Shown: piece after piece, positions 40,201 through 53,454 of the stretch
Position numbering within the stretch: the first letter of the stretch is position 1
Layout of the letters: each line of letters begins with the position of its first letter
Source of the DNA: Euprymna scolopes
Taxonomy: Eukaryota
Reading direction: 5' to 3' (one strand)
Assembly: GCA_053919585.1 (NCBI GenBank)
Contig: CM132812.1
Length of the DNA: 64,000 bases
Position numbers and translations under genes: made by a program
The notes under the pieces: generated by a model
What the model was told of the DNA's origin: nothing
What the model saw: only the letters and a program-made list of their open reading frames with translations
Database searches by the model: none

Positions 40201-41456
40201 GTCCTGCATTGTCATACACCTCATTTCCCCAATCGTGTTGCTGAGCTCCTCCCCCAAAGCTAACGGTTCACCATCTGCGTCTTGGAGTACAACTGATGGT
40301 GGTGATAGTCTAGGTCTTGTGTGGTGATGTAAGTAATGGTATCCTGTTAGGTGATGTAGATTCTTATGTTGGTATTTGTGGGGTTTCCAGCAGAAAGTTT
40401 GTTAAGGCACATGTTATGTAATCCAGAGACTCCAGTGGCACAGGAGTACCAGGAGAGCTGTGCATGTGCTGGGACAGTTGGATGGGTTCTGATGGTAATT
40501 TAGTGGTTGTTGTTGGAATAGGTCTGTGGGAATTTTTATTGGGTTTTCTAGGGGGCATCTGTTGTTCACCAAAAGAGCTGTTATTTTTAAAGGAATGTAG
40601 TCTAGTTCTCTTGTGGTGAACATTACCAGCCTGCTATATGCTGTGTTGTAATTCTACCTGAAGGGATGTTTGCCTTTCTATGATAAAAATGAAAAAGGTC
40701 CCTCTCCAGGTTGTGATTCTTTTGTTTTACATAATATGTTGCCCATATTAGTGTTCACCTCTCTTCCCTTTCCCATACTACCCCTGCATACGTCTTGTCT
40801 CCTAATCCTTTTCACTTATGATAGTCTTCTTTTGCGGTCTTCAGAGCCTTATGTGTAATGGTATTTACTTCCTCTTGTCGGATATATCTTCCCATCTGTG
40901 AGATGAGGCATCGCAGGTTGTGTAATGATGTGTCCGTTTTCTCCGCTGGAATGTTTGAAGCTTTTATTTTCTCGGTAAGTATCTCTCCTGTGCTGCGTTC
41001 CCATTTCTCGCACCTTGAGTAGTGGCAGCAGTGCAGAAGGACCTTTTTCTGTTCGACAGACCATGACTAGTTTTTAATCCCCCTTCTGTTCTTTTGGGGT
41101 CTGTAAAGCAAGAGGGAGGAAAGTCGGTTGGTCCATCTTGATCATGGACTGGTTGATGACCTTGTGTGATGTCTGAAGTGATTGGGGTACCACCTCTCGA
41201 GGCAAGAAGGTTCACATCATTTCTATCCTCTTCCTGCCTAGTGCGTAAACAGTGTGAGGGGCCAATTTGCTCCTGGGCGACGGCCGTCCGATTTGAATTC
41301 CTTTTTTTGTCATTTTTCACGGTTATTCCTCATTGCCCTCGGCTTCTTATTGCTTATTAGAAGCTTCCCTCTACCTAATTCACATAAGCAGAGGGGTTGC
41401 CCCCATCCGCAACCCGGAGGACGCACCGGAGATTGCCGGAGGAAGACCAGCATTTG
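37295..41456 (-). mobile_element. Decayed RLE-type non-LTR retrotransposon, R4/Dong clade-like; 3' end lost in the assembly gap
   Basis: Fragmented single ORF with RT motifs GIFQCDSLSPLLFCIALDPLS (QGDSLSP), LFMDAPKLYA (YMDDLKLYA), IGMKFDLDKC, YKYLDI and GGLGL. Then come the zinc knuckle CRFC..ESIIHMMSSC, RHDRVCK and a KPDIV-like endonuclease segment near 37590. Confidence 0.9.
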
Positions 41457-41599
41457 ATAAATATATATGTTGATGTTTTTAAAATGTTATTAAAAATATA
41501 AAAAAATAGAGAAGAAAGGAAAACAATCAACACAAGAAAATATTTTACAGTGGAAAATTGTTATTTAAATGTAACTTTACGACATTAATGCAGCACAAA

Positions 41600-42620
41600 T
41601 ACAAAAGGAACATAATGAACTCGTTAATATTTAGTAGCGTAGCCCTTCTGCAATTTGACAGCCTGTAATCTTTTGGAATTCCTTGAATCATACTGCATCA
41701 ATACTCCGGAGAAAGGGCATTTCACTTTTCTTTAATTTTTGTCCAAAGTTCTAAATTTGAAATGTTATCATTGCGGAGCTGTTGCTTGATGTAATGCTAT
41801 ACGTTTTCGATAGGTGTGGAGATTGTGTAGGTCAATCCAAACACAAACAAATATCATGCTCTTCCAGGAGACTCTTTACATTGCCAGCCGCCTGAATGAG
41901 AGCATTATCCTACATGAAGATCGGATTGTCATCCAAATTCCGACCAAAGTAGAATAGAAAATGCTCAGTCAACATATTAATGTACTTGGTCGAATTAATT
42001 CCGCATTGCATGCGAACTATAGGTCCTGCATCATTGGTACTAAATTGCCCCACACCAAAACCGAACCTCCAACAACTTGCAGCGTTGAAACTGGGCCCCT
42101 AGGGTAAAATTCCTCGTCTTTTCTTCGACGGACGTATGCCTTCCATCACTGCCTATCCTATTGAACTTACTTACGTCGCTAAAAAGCACTTTTGACCAAT
42201 ATGAAGGGTCATGATCTTCATTGCATCTGACGAAGTCCAGACGGTCTTTCTGTTCTTTACAGAAATCATTGGCTTGCGTCTTGAGGCATATACTCGCAAA
42301 TTAAATTCTTTATTCTGTTTTTGACAGTAGAAAGAGAGCACTTTTTAACAAGATCGCACTGTTGTTGGATTTGGGGAGACGTTTCAAATCTGTTTCTTAG
42401 GTTGCAGATATTGATAGCATTGTCTTCCCTGTTAGAAGTAACCCTACTAGGACCAGATTTAGGAGCATCCCGAAGACTGATGGTTGTTTGGTGATTTTGC
42501 ACACTCTTTCGTACCGTTTTATCGCCTTTCAATCTGCGGCCGATTTCTTAATTGGATAAACCAGAAAGGTGGAGATTAATGAGTGTTGTCGCCTGTTGGT
42601 GGATATTTTAAACTGATTTA
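41600..42620 (-). mobile_element. Decayed Tc1-family transposase
   Basis: HTH region SGPSRVTSNREDN...NRFETSPQI...SLSTVKNRI, then VLFSDVSKFN and IFM*DNA; many stops and frameshifts. Confidence 0.72.
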
Positions 42621-42814
42621 GGGGCGATAATTCAAGCTGGTTTTAAGCGAATTGTTGCTGTGGACTTTCTTTTTGCCTCCTCAATTTGAAGTTATTTGTT
42701 TAATTGACGTGAAGAATAGAATATTTAAATTAAAAGTCCAATATGAACAGGTAAAATTATTGAAGGATGAAAGGCGAATCAAATGATGTGTAGGTTGTTT
42801 AAACACGTACATTA

Positions 42815-42847
<33 letters not shown>

Positions 42848-43544
42848 TAGGTGTTTTCAAGAAAAAGATGTATAATTTGCATTAACAAATTAAATAGAGT
42901 TGTAAATTTAAAAAAACATAACAATAATATTAATATTTATATTACATTACCAAACAGACGAATAAAGCTCAATATTCAAAATAGAGCAAAATTATTGAAA
43001 CGATCAGATTTAAATTCGACAAATTTATTTTCACACCATTCTCTTCGACAAAGAGTAGAAACGAAATACTTTTTCTAGTTCCAAACAGTTTCAATAAATG
43101 GCTGCGTTCATCAGAGGAAACATTCAAATAGTGTTTATAAATTTTACTAATGTCTAAACAGCTAGATGTCTGCCTGTCTGCTTGTCTGTCGCTCATTAGA
43201 TCTAACGGCCTCTCTTCTGTCTGTCTGTCTGTCTGTCTGTCTTCTGTCCATCTGTCTCAATATTTTCTAAACTCTACCTTCTCCGATTGTAAACGTCGTA
43301 GAGCGACGCTGAGGTCACAAATGATTGGATTTTCAAGGGCCGTTCTTTCATAGGCCTTTAGTCGGTAAAACATTTTTAAAGAGTACAAAATGGGTCAAAA
43401 TTTGATAAATCGTTAAACATTTTGTACATTTAGCCTTATTTGTAATTTTTAATCGGCATATATGTGTGTCAGGTTGGTAGAGATTTAACGTAACAAGCTT
43501 GATAGCATTATCTTCTCTATCAGAAGTAACTCTAGTACGACAAG

Positions 43545-43600
<56 letters not shown>

Positions 43601-44379
43601 GTTTGTGCACAGGCGTACCAGAAGAGTGAACAAGTGTGTTGTACAAAAGTGATGCCTCAATAAAGAAGTATTTTGTTGTTAATTAGAAAGAAGAAACTTT
43701 ATTTTTTAAGGAGAAATTGCGATATATTATTTAAAAGGTAAGGGACTTTTTAGTGAAAGCTGTTCCTGTTTTTTTGTTGTTGTTAAAATGTTATTGTTTT
43801 GTGACATATTTTTTGTTTAAGAAGTTGTGAGTTATCGGTACTAAAGGTTTTCTGAAATGTGTTTTTTTTTTGTATTTTTATGGTATTTCTGAAATCGAAA
43901 GTAAGGTGTGATATGAGTTTTTGAAATTTGTTATTGTGTTTGGATGGTTTTCCGTTGGAGAAGAAAGAAAAAAAAACAAAAGAGGATATGAAATAAGCCG
44001 AATATAAATGAATGTTTTTTAATCGATTGGCAGTATGCGAACTTCACTACTTGTACAATTTTTGTCGTCGTATGTTTTCTTTTGTTTTTGTTGTTCGTAT
44101 TGCATTGTCGCGGACTGGACTCAAATGTGTTTTGGATTGTTGACAAACGTAAAGTAATGATTACTTATTAAAGAAATAAGACGAAATATTTAAGCTGTTC
44201 CGAAAAGGAAATATACAATAAAAGAAAAAACACCACCGGTTTCTAATAAAGGAGTCAGCTAGTTCATTTTAAGTTTTGGAAGGGTCAAGTTAAGGCGGGG
44301 TATATTCTAGTTTTCTTAATGGCCACAGAATTGTTTTATTCATTTGTTTTTTTTTTGTTTTTTTTGGGGGGGGGTTTCG

Positions 44380-46600
44380 TAGGATTTTTCACCGAGTACG
44401 CGTATAATCTACAGGAGTCAGAGGAAAATGCTTTCGTAGTGTGATAAGAGAAACCCATTTATCTCGTATGGACATGTGCTTATGGAAGCGCGTTATAGCT
44501 GTGACTGGAAATTATCGTGATCTCGGCATAAACCGTAGATCCGAGATGGCGGAATGATCTGGGTCTGCGGACATTTGTAAAGGTTCATTCTTTGAAAGCA
44601 AGTATGCCCCAACGCAATGCATTGGCAACCACGATGGCAATGGGTCATTGTGTTGCAATCATTCAGGTGTGACAACGGTGTAGAATAAATGCGGTTGACA
44701 TGAGAGATGTTTTGATCATAGGAGGAGTTGTTGTATCCAAATAGCTGGCTAAGGCCTTTAGAGTTGTATGAACGCCGAGTGCCTCGAGATTTGGTTACCT
44801 CAAAAACCCGTCAGGGGATAGAAATGCCACATGCCGAGTCTCCGCATTAGTTAAGGATTTGCTAGGCACCGTAGGTAGATGCAAATCGTTAGGTTTGATA
44901 AGGTGTGCATTGTTCCTTTTTCCACGTCTTTGGTCGTATATTTGTGGAACCGAGAAGATGACATCCCAGTGGATATCTGTGTTACATGGTATTTTCGAGA
45001 ATTAGTGTGCTGACCACCAGAGAGGTTAGAAGCTATTTTTATTCTTTTTTTACCCCCAGAATTAGTAGAATTATTGAATGTCGATAATGAAAGTGAATGT
45101 AAGGCCTGGGATGTTGCATTTATTTTTGTAATGCCACCCGTGGAAAAAAGAGCTTGTCTGTAAAACCAGGACGATGATTCATATGTGTTGATGAGGCAAA
45201 TAGTCTCGATTTGTGTTGAGTGCAGAGGATGTTATCAACCACAAGTAGTGTCAACGGAAGCGAGGAATGTTCCTTGAGTTTAAATGTGGTTTTGTTGAAA
45301 GGCCATGAAGTCCAAGGGAGTTGGTCGTAGTTTCCACTTGTATATATACTTAGCGAACAAACAAGGTCGTATCGTGGAAAACAATAAAGCCCGAGCATTG
45401 CAGGTGCAGAAGGAACATGCTGTTATATGAATCAATCTTTGTGGACGGTTAAGTTGCACCGAAAAGGCATGCGAATAGGGGCTATATTCGCCGTGTCTAA
45501 GTTTTCGGTTTTTAGTAATTTGGTTAATTTTAGTTAAGTTGAATTCATGCCGTCGAGGAAACAAGATGTTTTTAAACAAGTCTCCCCATAAGGAGGCGGC
45601 GATTTTCAAATAGACCCACGAGCCAAAGGTCGCCATTCACTGCAGTCTTCTGTGACAAAAATACCTGTGAGTGAATAAAAGATATATACAACCTTTCGTC
45701 TAGGGTCCATGGCCTTCGTACACCTTTGATTTTAATAGAAACTACTTCACTGAAGACGTTTTTGAATCCTCCCAGAAGAAGGCATTAGCAGAAGACAGGT
45801 TTGTTCGCCATGTATATCCGTATTATATATTATGGCACACACACACATCCTGAGATAAGACGAGCACGCCGTTAAAATATACATTAACCAGGCGGTCTCA
45901 GGCCTGATAAATAAGATTGATAAACAAAAACAATAAATAATACGAGAAACACATAAATAAAGAAATAGAGAACACACAAACAAGTAGATTAGATCACACA
46001 CAGTATTTCATAAAATAATAGTTTAAGGATGTTTGTGAGTTCGGAGATAATTCTAGATGTGAACTAATGTCTTCAAAGATTACACCCTATTGGACAATAT
46101 AAAAACAATTTTGGCCATGTCTCAACCCCACTGAACACAAACGGGTGAGGTTGGACTTATTGAGTAGAACAGAAACGTGTAAATCAAATATTCGAATTCC
46201 CAAGAATGTGAGAAGGAGAAATTTAATAATGTATAAAGTAAATTCGAGAAAATCGCAGAGTAGCTTAAGAAATAAATATGATAATGATTTATAGGCCAAC
46301 TTTCATGAGATTGTGGTGTGGTGAAGTTGGATGAGCAGGACACTGTTATGATTGTGAGGTTTGTTACAGTGATGAGATGTGTGACAACACGAGTGAGAAG
46401 CCCCGATAGTAGGAAACGTCCCAAGTTTGCCTAATCGATAGCGGGGGTGACTCTCGTCAAAAAAACCCTGATACGATATGACCCTGGCCATAGCCGATGC
46501 AGGCACTGATGCCACCCAAGTAAAACATAGCATCCAGAGATGAATCAATGAATAATTAACATTGATTTGATATACTTTATAATTTATTGTAGAGGCAAAA
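44380..46600 (-). mobile_element. Decayed Penelope-like element 5' half, with a degenerate hammerhead near 45690-45725
   Basis: SKSLTNAE, then PPSRIYGLCRDH...ASISTCPYEINGFL (PARFYGLPKIHK...TPTYELAKFL-like). Upstream on the - strand is ACGA-AGGCC...GAC-GAAAG-GTT. Confidence 0.5.
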
Positions 46601-47074
46601 AAAACCCGAAAGACTGTCATGTGTGAACTTTAACTCCATAGATGCATGGTGGGGTAATTAAAACGAAATTACATAATACAATTATACAAAAGGCGGATAT
46701 TCGCCCTAGATAGATTAATTGCATGTGTGTTTTGTGCCGCACACTTAACTAACAGAAGCTTTAGAAAAAATGGGGAAAAATATTAATCCTATAAGAAGCC
46801 ACTGTCCAGGGGAGATAATTGAAAAATATATAGCTAGACTTACTGCATGTTTTTTACAGGGACTATACTGAATTAGAAGGCCTTTTTGATAAGCTATTAT
46901 TGACGAAACGCTTTACCCCGGACCAAGTAGGCAATGTTTCAAGGGAAGATAATAGTTGAAAAAAAATACAGTAGAAATCGAGTTCTCATCCTTAATTAGA
47001 ACTGAATTTCTGTTTTCATAATGAACTATATACAAGGATGTCTATAAGATGTTTTGCTTTTATGATAAACTATA

Positions 47075-47962
47075 TGTGGGGAAAATAGAAACGGACATAC
47101 ACGTGACCTACCTGTTAAGCGCCCACGTGTCTTCTTATCAAGCGCGTTGGAAAGGAAAAAGAAAATCAAGATGGCATCTGTGATATTTAACAGACACACT
47201 CTCGTGTAATCTCGCGAAATTCACGCGGATGAATGTGATATAAAGCAGGTGGCTTGGGAGAGTTTTTAGCTGTTCAGACGCTAAACAGGTGATTTTACAA
47301 GACAGACGGTTACTCAGTGCATTGAGACGAGTGAAGGAGGTTAGAGTACAACAAGCTATTTCGGCATGACGTTGGGATGTGATGCTAAACTGATTCCACT
47401 GTTTGATCGCAGCAGCACTGAGCAGTCAGTACAGGAATGGGTGGAAAAGGCAGAAATGCTATGCCAGCTCAGTAGTGTGAAGCGTCTGGAAGCGTGGTCC
47501 CAATGTGCCTCGCTGGGGATGCATACACTGTATACCAGCAGCTAACAGATAATAAGTAGGACGATTTCACCTGCATTATAAACGCCCTCTACACAGCGTT
47601 TGCATTTGATCCGGTTGCTGCATGGAAAGAGTTTATGGCACGCAAGTTACATTCCGGCGAGACTGTTGATATGTATCTGGCAGAACTGAAGGAGCTTGCA
47701 GTCCTGTTCGGAGGAATATCAGAGAAAGGCCTGGTGTGCGCATTAAACCAACGCGGGGACGGCATCTTGGAAGCACCAATATACTTACGAAACCGACTAT
47801 CAGAGTACCCCCTCCAATGATGCTCGGTGGCAGTATGAAGAAGAACTGCAGACTTCGATCAACAATGGATGGCTACTTACGTACCCCGAGGATGAACTCG
47901 GGCTCCCGCGTGGACTGATTCCCCTGATGGCTGTATTGCAAGATAGCAAACAAAAGATCCGA
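47075..47962 (+). mobile_element. Gypsy/Ty3 LTR retrotransposon deletion derivative: putative LTR, decayed gag and RT N-terminus
   Basis: Putative LTR TG...CA at 47075-47353. From ATG 47366: LIPLFD...VQEWVEKAEMLC...AFAFDP...GETVDMYLAELKELAVLFGGISEK (Gag-like). This is joined to YEEELQTSINNGWL...GLIPLMAVLQ (RT start). Confidence 0.78.
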
Positions 47963-50449
47963 ATTTCTTTAGAAGATAGATGATGGTCGAAAATTGCATT
48001 GGAGAAAAGCTAAGGAGGGCTGAATTAGAGCTATGGTCGAAAATTGCCTCAGAGGGCATCTGGATTGTGTGTGTGTTTGTTTTTTAATTCATGTGACAAT
48101 CCCGGAGTATTGCCGAGTAACCATACTAGTTGCAAAAAACGGCTCGGCTTGGTCGCTGATTTTAAATACATTTTCTTTGTAAAGGAAAAAAGATCCGGAA
48201 ACATTAAACAATATTGCTGGTAAAATGAATGTTTCCAGTAACCTTGTTTTAGTTAAAAGGGTAACTTTTTAAAAGTCACGACCTAGAGTTAGCCGGCATA
48301 TGCGAAAATGGTCGTTGGAAATTTTTGTAGCTTACGGATTTTCATCAAGCGAATAAGCGTAAGTGATATGGCTAATAATCCGATCAAGGCGAACCAGATT
48401 ATGACGTGCGGAGTAAGGATTGGTGTGATCGACCTTTAGCGCAGCCAGACCCCACGCGATCCCTTCTTTTATAAGGCACTGCAGAGCAAGGAAAGATCAA
48501 TTAGTTTGAATTTTGGAGAGAGTTTTTGTTGGGTCTAAATTGAGGGGTTGCGTTATCGTCCGCCCCTATTCCAAAGGAGAACACCGTTAACTGACTGAAC
48601 GATAAGCAAGAAAAATCGTTACTAAAAAAAAGGCCTCGTTGAATTACTATCGAAAACAGCCAAAACGTAGAAAATATAATTGATATATTTTTTTATTTCA
48701 CATGTTAATAACTGTATATGCTTATTTTTTTATTCTGTAATAATTAATGCACAAGCAAAAACTGAATCCAAGATTCCGGATCGATTATTCATTGTTTATT
48801 AACATGTGTGTTTATTTCAGAGACAAAAAAAAACATCTTGACATGATCGTTTTCACCGAACAGCCAACGAGAGAAAGGATCATCAACCTACTGTATCCAG
48901 CATCCGGGCAGCAACGCATATCAACCATCATCGTAGAATCATCTGAGACTGCAGAACAACATACAACTTTACTTGTAACCGGGTATAACTGGGCTCTTTA
49001 GTGTAATACTTAGTGAGCAGTCAGGCTAGTGTTATAAGTTAAAGTTCGCGTCGCTAGCTGTTAACTTTTTAACACCTAGCTTTTACTATTACAGACAACT
49101 GCAACAATAGTGTCTTTAAGCACTATGAAAGTATTCTTTGCTCTTACCGTATTAATCAATGAAGTAAACACTTGAACCCACGTTTGAATGTTTGTATTGT
49201 TTTTTGATAAAAAAAAATTATTTTTCAAAAACCCTAGACTTGATTTCATGTGATGTGAAAAAAATTAACCCATCATAGGAAACGTGTGTAAAAATACCAT
49301 CATAGCCTAAGGTTAAACAAGCACTGCGACAATATCAAGATAGTATCAGCAGATTATTTCAAACGTCACATTTCTCCGCAAATGTCGGTGTCTGCAAAAA
49401 TACTGGGATCAGACGGAGATTAATAGCAAAGCTCGAAAACCAAACTAATCTTACTTTACAGAAACTTACAGAGGATTATCAAAGAGTTTTAAGCGTGTGA
49501 AGCGATTCTAAAACACAAGTCAAAGAAAAGTACACTTCTAAAATGACGCGTCCAAACAAAAAAAAAGAAAAGAAATAAGAAAAAATGAATATGTTCAGTC
49601 TAAGTTTTGGAGAAAACTGTAACTTACCTGATTAGTACGAGTTTCGTGTTTTTTTTTCTCCAAGAAAAATAAAAATTTTAAATGCCGACGTCGCATTTAT
49701 ATGTATAACGGTCATGCAAATTTACGTGGGATATATGCAAATCAGATGCGAGGAAGTTAATTTAACGGGTATAAAAGAGGAGGGGAAAGGAGCCATTGGG
49801 AGAACGCGTTTTGAGACGAAACTATTGAAACTAAATCAGAAAAGATTAATTTTTTTAGTTGTTTCCATGAACGGAAACGTGAAAATGGCTACTCACAGGA
49901 TACAAACGAACAGATTTTTTATAAACAAGACTAAATACCGCTTAGACGATGTTATCGATGTGGCGAACTGCAATGCGAAAAACTCTGTCCATTTCGAAGT
50001 AAAAATTGTCAAATGTGTGGCAGCTTGGTCACAAAATGCTGCATTGTCAGAATAAAAGTAAATAAATAAATAAATAGAGTCCGACAAACAAAATTAAGAG
50101 AGTGTTAACAGTCCTTAAAACGATTTTACTCTGAGTACATCTATTACGTTGGAAGCAATAGAAAAATACATTTCTGTGCGGAATGGCCGCAACATATTCT
50201 GAAGAAAACAACGGCTGTTTTTTAGGTGTTTGCTGGAATATTTTGAAAGGTATGAAGCTGTCTATACATACAACTAACTATTCCGTCAGGTCTGATACTA
50301 TAGTGGAATCATTCTTTTTTTTTAAGCATGGAACGCAGAAATAGATTTGATGTAAGTGTACGGAAGCTATCCCATTCAGATAGAGAGTATCAATATACTG
50401 TACAATAGAGAGGTACGTATGAGCATTTATTACTTTTTATTATCTTCAC

Positions 50450-51100
50450 CGATACGACAGAATGGTCGGTAGAACCCACCGGGGACAGAACGGACAGTGA
50501 ACATAGTTTAGGGCTTGCTGGGAAAAATAATTCGAGGAGACTTACTTACTGACATTCAGTGTCGTGCAGACAGGTAGGATATGGAACAACATGAGTTTGG
50601 TCCCGATCAATAGAGAATTCCTGACAGAACCTCACATCATGTTGTTACCATTCCACATTGTGAACATTGAAATCTCTACATATATAGATGTTATCCGAAG
50701 AATGAGCAGACATGATATTGTTTATTCTCTCAGATATGCTCTTAAAGATGGAAGCTTTACTGTTGTGGAGGTAAATACAAACGCAGTGATGAAAGCAAGT
50801 ACAGTTTGGAAGCAAAGATAGGGTAATTTAGGGTCTCTTCTGAAAAGCAATCTGTAATGTAAGCACACATTCCATGTATATGGTCATCTTGAAGTCAGAT
50901 TTTCATGTTAAGTTAGAGTATCTTTAATTTCAAATTAATCTAGGGAAATAGTCTAATGCCAGTTTCGATTATAAATAAAAGGCCATGGTTAGTCTCCTGT
51001 AATTGGGTTTGAATGTATATCATTAATGTACGAGAAGGGTACCTTATGTGGGATCTACATTGTAAGTTTGGTTTCTGGCTTTGTATTCTTTCAGGAGATC
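50450..51100 (-). mobile_element. Decayed LINE apurinic-endonuclease domain fragment
   Basis: DNIYICRDFNVHNVEW (GDFNVH..W), THVVPYPTC (TQIV.FPTR) and LLELFF (LLDLFL) occur in the expected order. Confidence 0.6.
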
Positions 51101-51789
51101 TTAATAGTGACATTTTGGGTTTTTGAAAGAGGTTGACAGACTTGATAGGAGCAGAGCAGAGACGAAATGTAAGGGAAATAAAAAAGAAAGAATAAATGTA
51201 TTTTTGTAGCCCTATGATAAGGTAAAACTGTAACGATTTCCCACTAATATGCCATCAATAAGGTCCAACAGAAGTTACTGCATAGTCCAGAACTTATTCA
51301 CCAAATGGTAATACACCAACGCAAACATTTTGCACCTATTGATAGGAAAGTCTCTTAGTGGATAATCCAAGGTTCGGATACTTGACTTTCAGGCTGATTA
51401 TGCCAGCCCAGTTAAAACGTTTATCTCCAGCAACCTTATTTGGTACATTGCTACATGTATGGACATAAAAAAAAAATCCAGCATCTAAGGCAATTTCTCA
51501 CAGAAAATACTGCCGATCAAGAATGCAGCCCTTTTTTCTTCCTTTTTCAGAAAAAATCACTCATTCTAAATAAAGACTGAGGGAACAATTAGGGGAAACG
51601 AGGTTATTTGTTAAGGTATAATTTCATTTATTATCGGAACCATGTAATTCGTTTACGCAAAATTAACTAAAAAATATTTTTATTGAGCATTATATACACC
51701 TTTGTTACATTCATAGATTTTTTTTTTACTTCCGCATAAATTTTACTGAGAATAATTAACAGACACACACAGAGACACACACAAACACA

Positions 51790-51838
<49 letters not shown>

Positions 51839-51847
51839 AAGTCGTTC

Positions 51848-51937
51848 ATCATGTATACAAACTAGCATAGAAATTTAAGTATTTCTATTGAATGTAAACC
51901 GGACTGTTTCTTTAATCAGGATATTTCCCCAAAACGT
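51848..51937 (+). repeat. 90-bp direct repeat, copy 1
   Basis: Matches 56264-56353 with one mismatch (CTATTG vs CTATAG). Confidence 0.92.
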
Positions 51938-52319
51938 AATCCTATATTAAATCATCATCCTTGCCAGTCAATCTGACATGCATATACATTTTACATTTAA
52001 ATGCAAATATATCGCTTAAAAAAACAATTACGGACGAAAAGTTTAACTCAATTATATGTGTATATATATATGTATATATATATGTATGTATATATACATA
52101 GATATATATGTATAGATGTATATATGTATTTAGATGTATATATATATATATATGTATTTAGATGTATGTATATATATGTATACGAGTTTATGTAATGCAC
52201 ATTCTGTTGCACTTTAAAAATCATTGAAAATGTTATATCTATATCATGAATTGTTAGAATGAAAGATAATGTTTTTAAATAAATAATAATTTGTGAATAT
52301 ATTGCATGTAAGTATAGCA

Positions 52320-52625
52320 TTGAACTACGTACGCTAGTTGTGAAAATGTTTTCAAAACTCAGGGGTCAATTGTTTTGACGCAAAAAGCTTATCGACGCCC
52401 CCAGGCTTGACTCGTCCCTAATTTTTTCTTTTGAAGATATCGTAAAGAAATGGCCTGTTAACAAACTCGACACCCTGCAATAATTGAAGGAAAACATCAG
52501 GAACGAAGTAAGGGAGTTAGATCGCAATCCAGAGAGTCTGAAATCTGTCATTAATAATGTGTTAGAAAGAGCACAAATTTGCAGAGCAAAAAATGAACAA
52601 TATTTAAAAACATAATTCTTTATAA
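52320..52625 (+). mobile_element. Old internally deleted DD41D-like fragment
   Basis: An N-terminal-like segment (..AAAAGCTTATCGAC) is joined to a C-terminal-like segment (KENIRNEVREL...NNVLERAQICRAKN). Homologous to rc of 57880-58170. Confidence 0.55.
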
Positions 52626-53454
52626 ATACAGATTCCTGGAATTTTATTTTACGTCAAGTTCGAAATCCTTCACTTACTTTTTGGACAGCCTGCAGTAGAG
52701 TTATAGCTAGAGATCTCGTGTAAAAAGGTTTAAACTTGACAGTCATGAAGAAATTTAAAATACTGATAAGCGGATACAACATTACACATATTACAAGTAC
52801 ATTTCCATATAAATGTAATCTCGTTCTTAAGGTTAGACGTTGTTTCGGCGATGTAGCAAGAGGGAACATTTAATTTCCGAAATAATTGACGATATTGTAG
52901 TGTTCGCCCATGCCAATAGAATTTTATAAACTTGTCCTTTATCTAAATCATGCTCGAGAAAAGGGCGGGCATCTAAGCGCGTGTTTATTCATTGAATTAA
53001 TTACTCTCAGCTTGAAAATAATTCAGATATAAGCGCTATCTCAATGAGACAGCAGTCACTTACCAAAGGCAGCTGCATAGATGAAGTGAAAGGACTGGAT
53101 TACGTTCAAGGCTAAGGCAGCATTCCGTTCAAAAAATGTACAACGAATAAATATATGTCATGTAACTTGTTGTTCCTTCGTAAACGAGCATATAATTGAG
53201 TTACCACAAAAGCCTAACAAACTAGATAAATACATCCATTGTTAATTGCGTCTATCTTGAAACACTGTATTTCAAAGCGACTTAATTATGCACTATCATC
53301 ATAAAACTTTTAAATGAGTGTCCCTTTTTCGCCTTATGTCCTTTGGTATACAGCTACATATTAAATAGTATTATTATTGTGGACATGACCTTTTTTCACA
53401 CAGAATATAATTATTTATTATATGTTTTTTTTTAATATTGGTGAGACCTAAATA

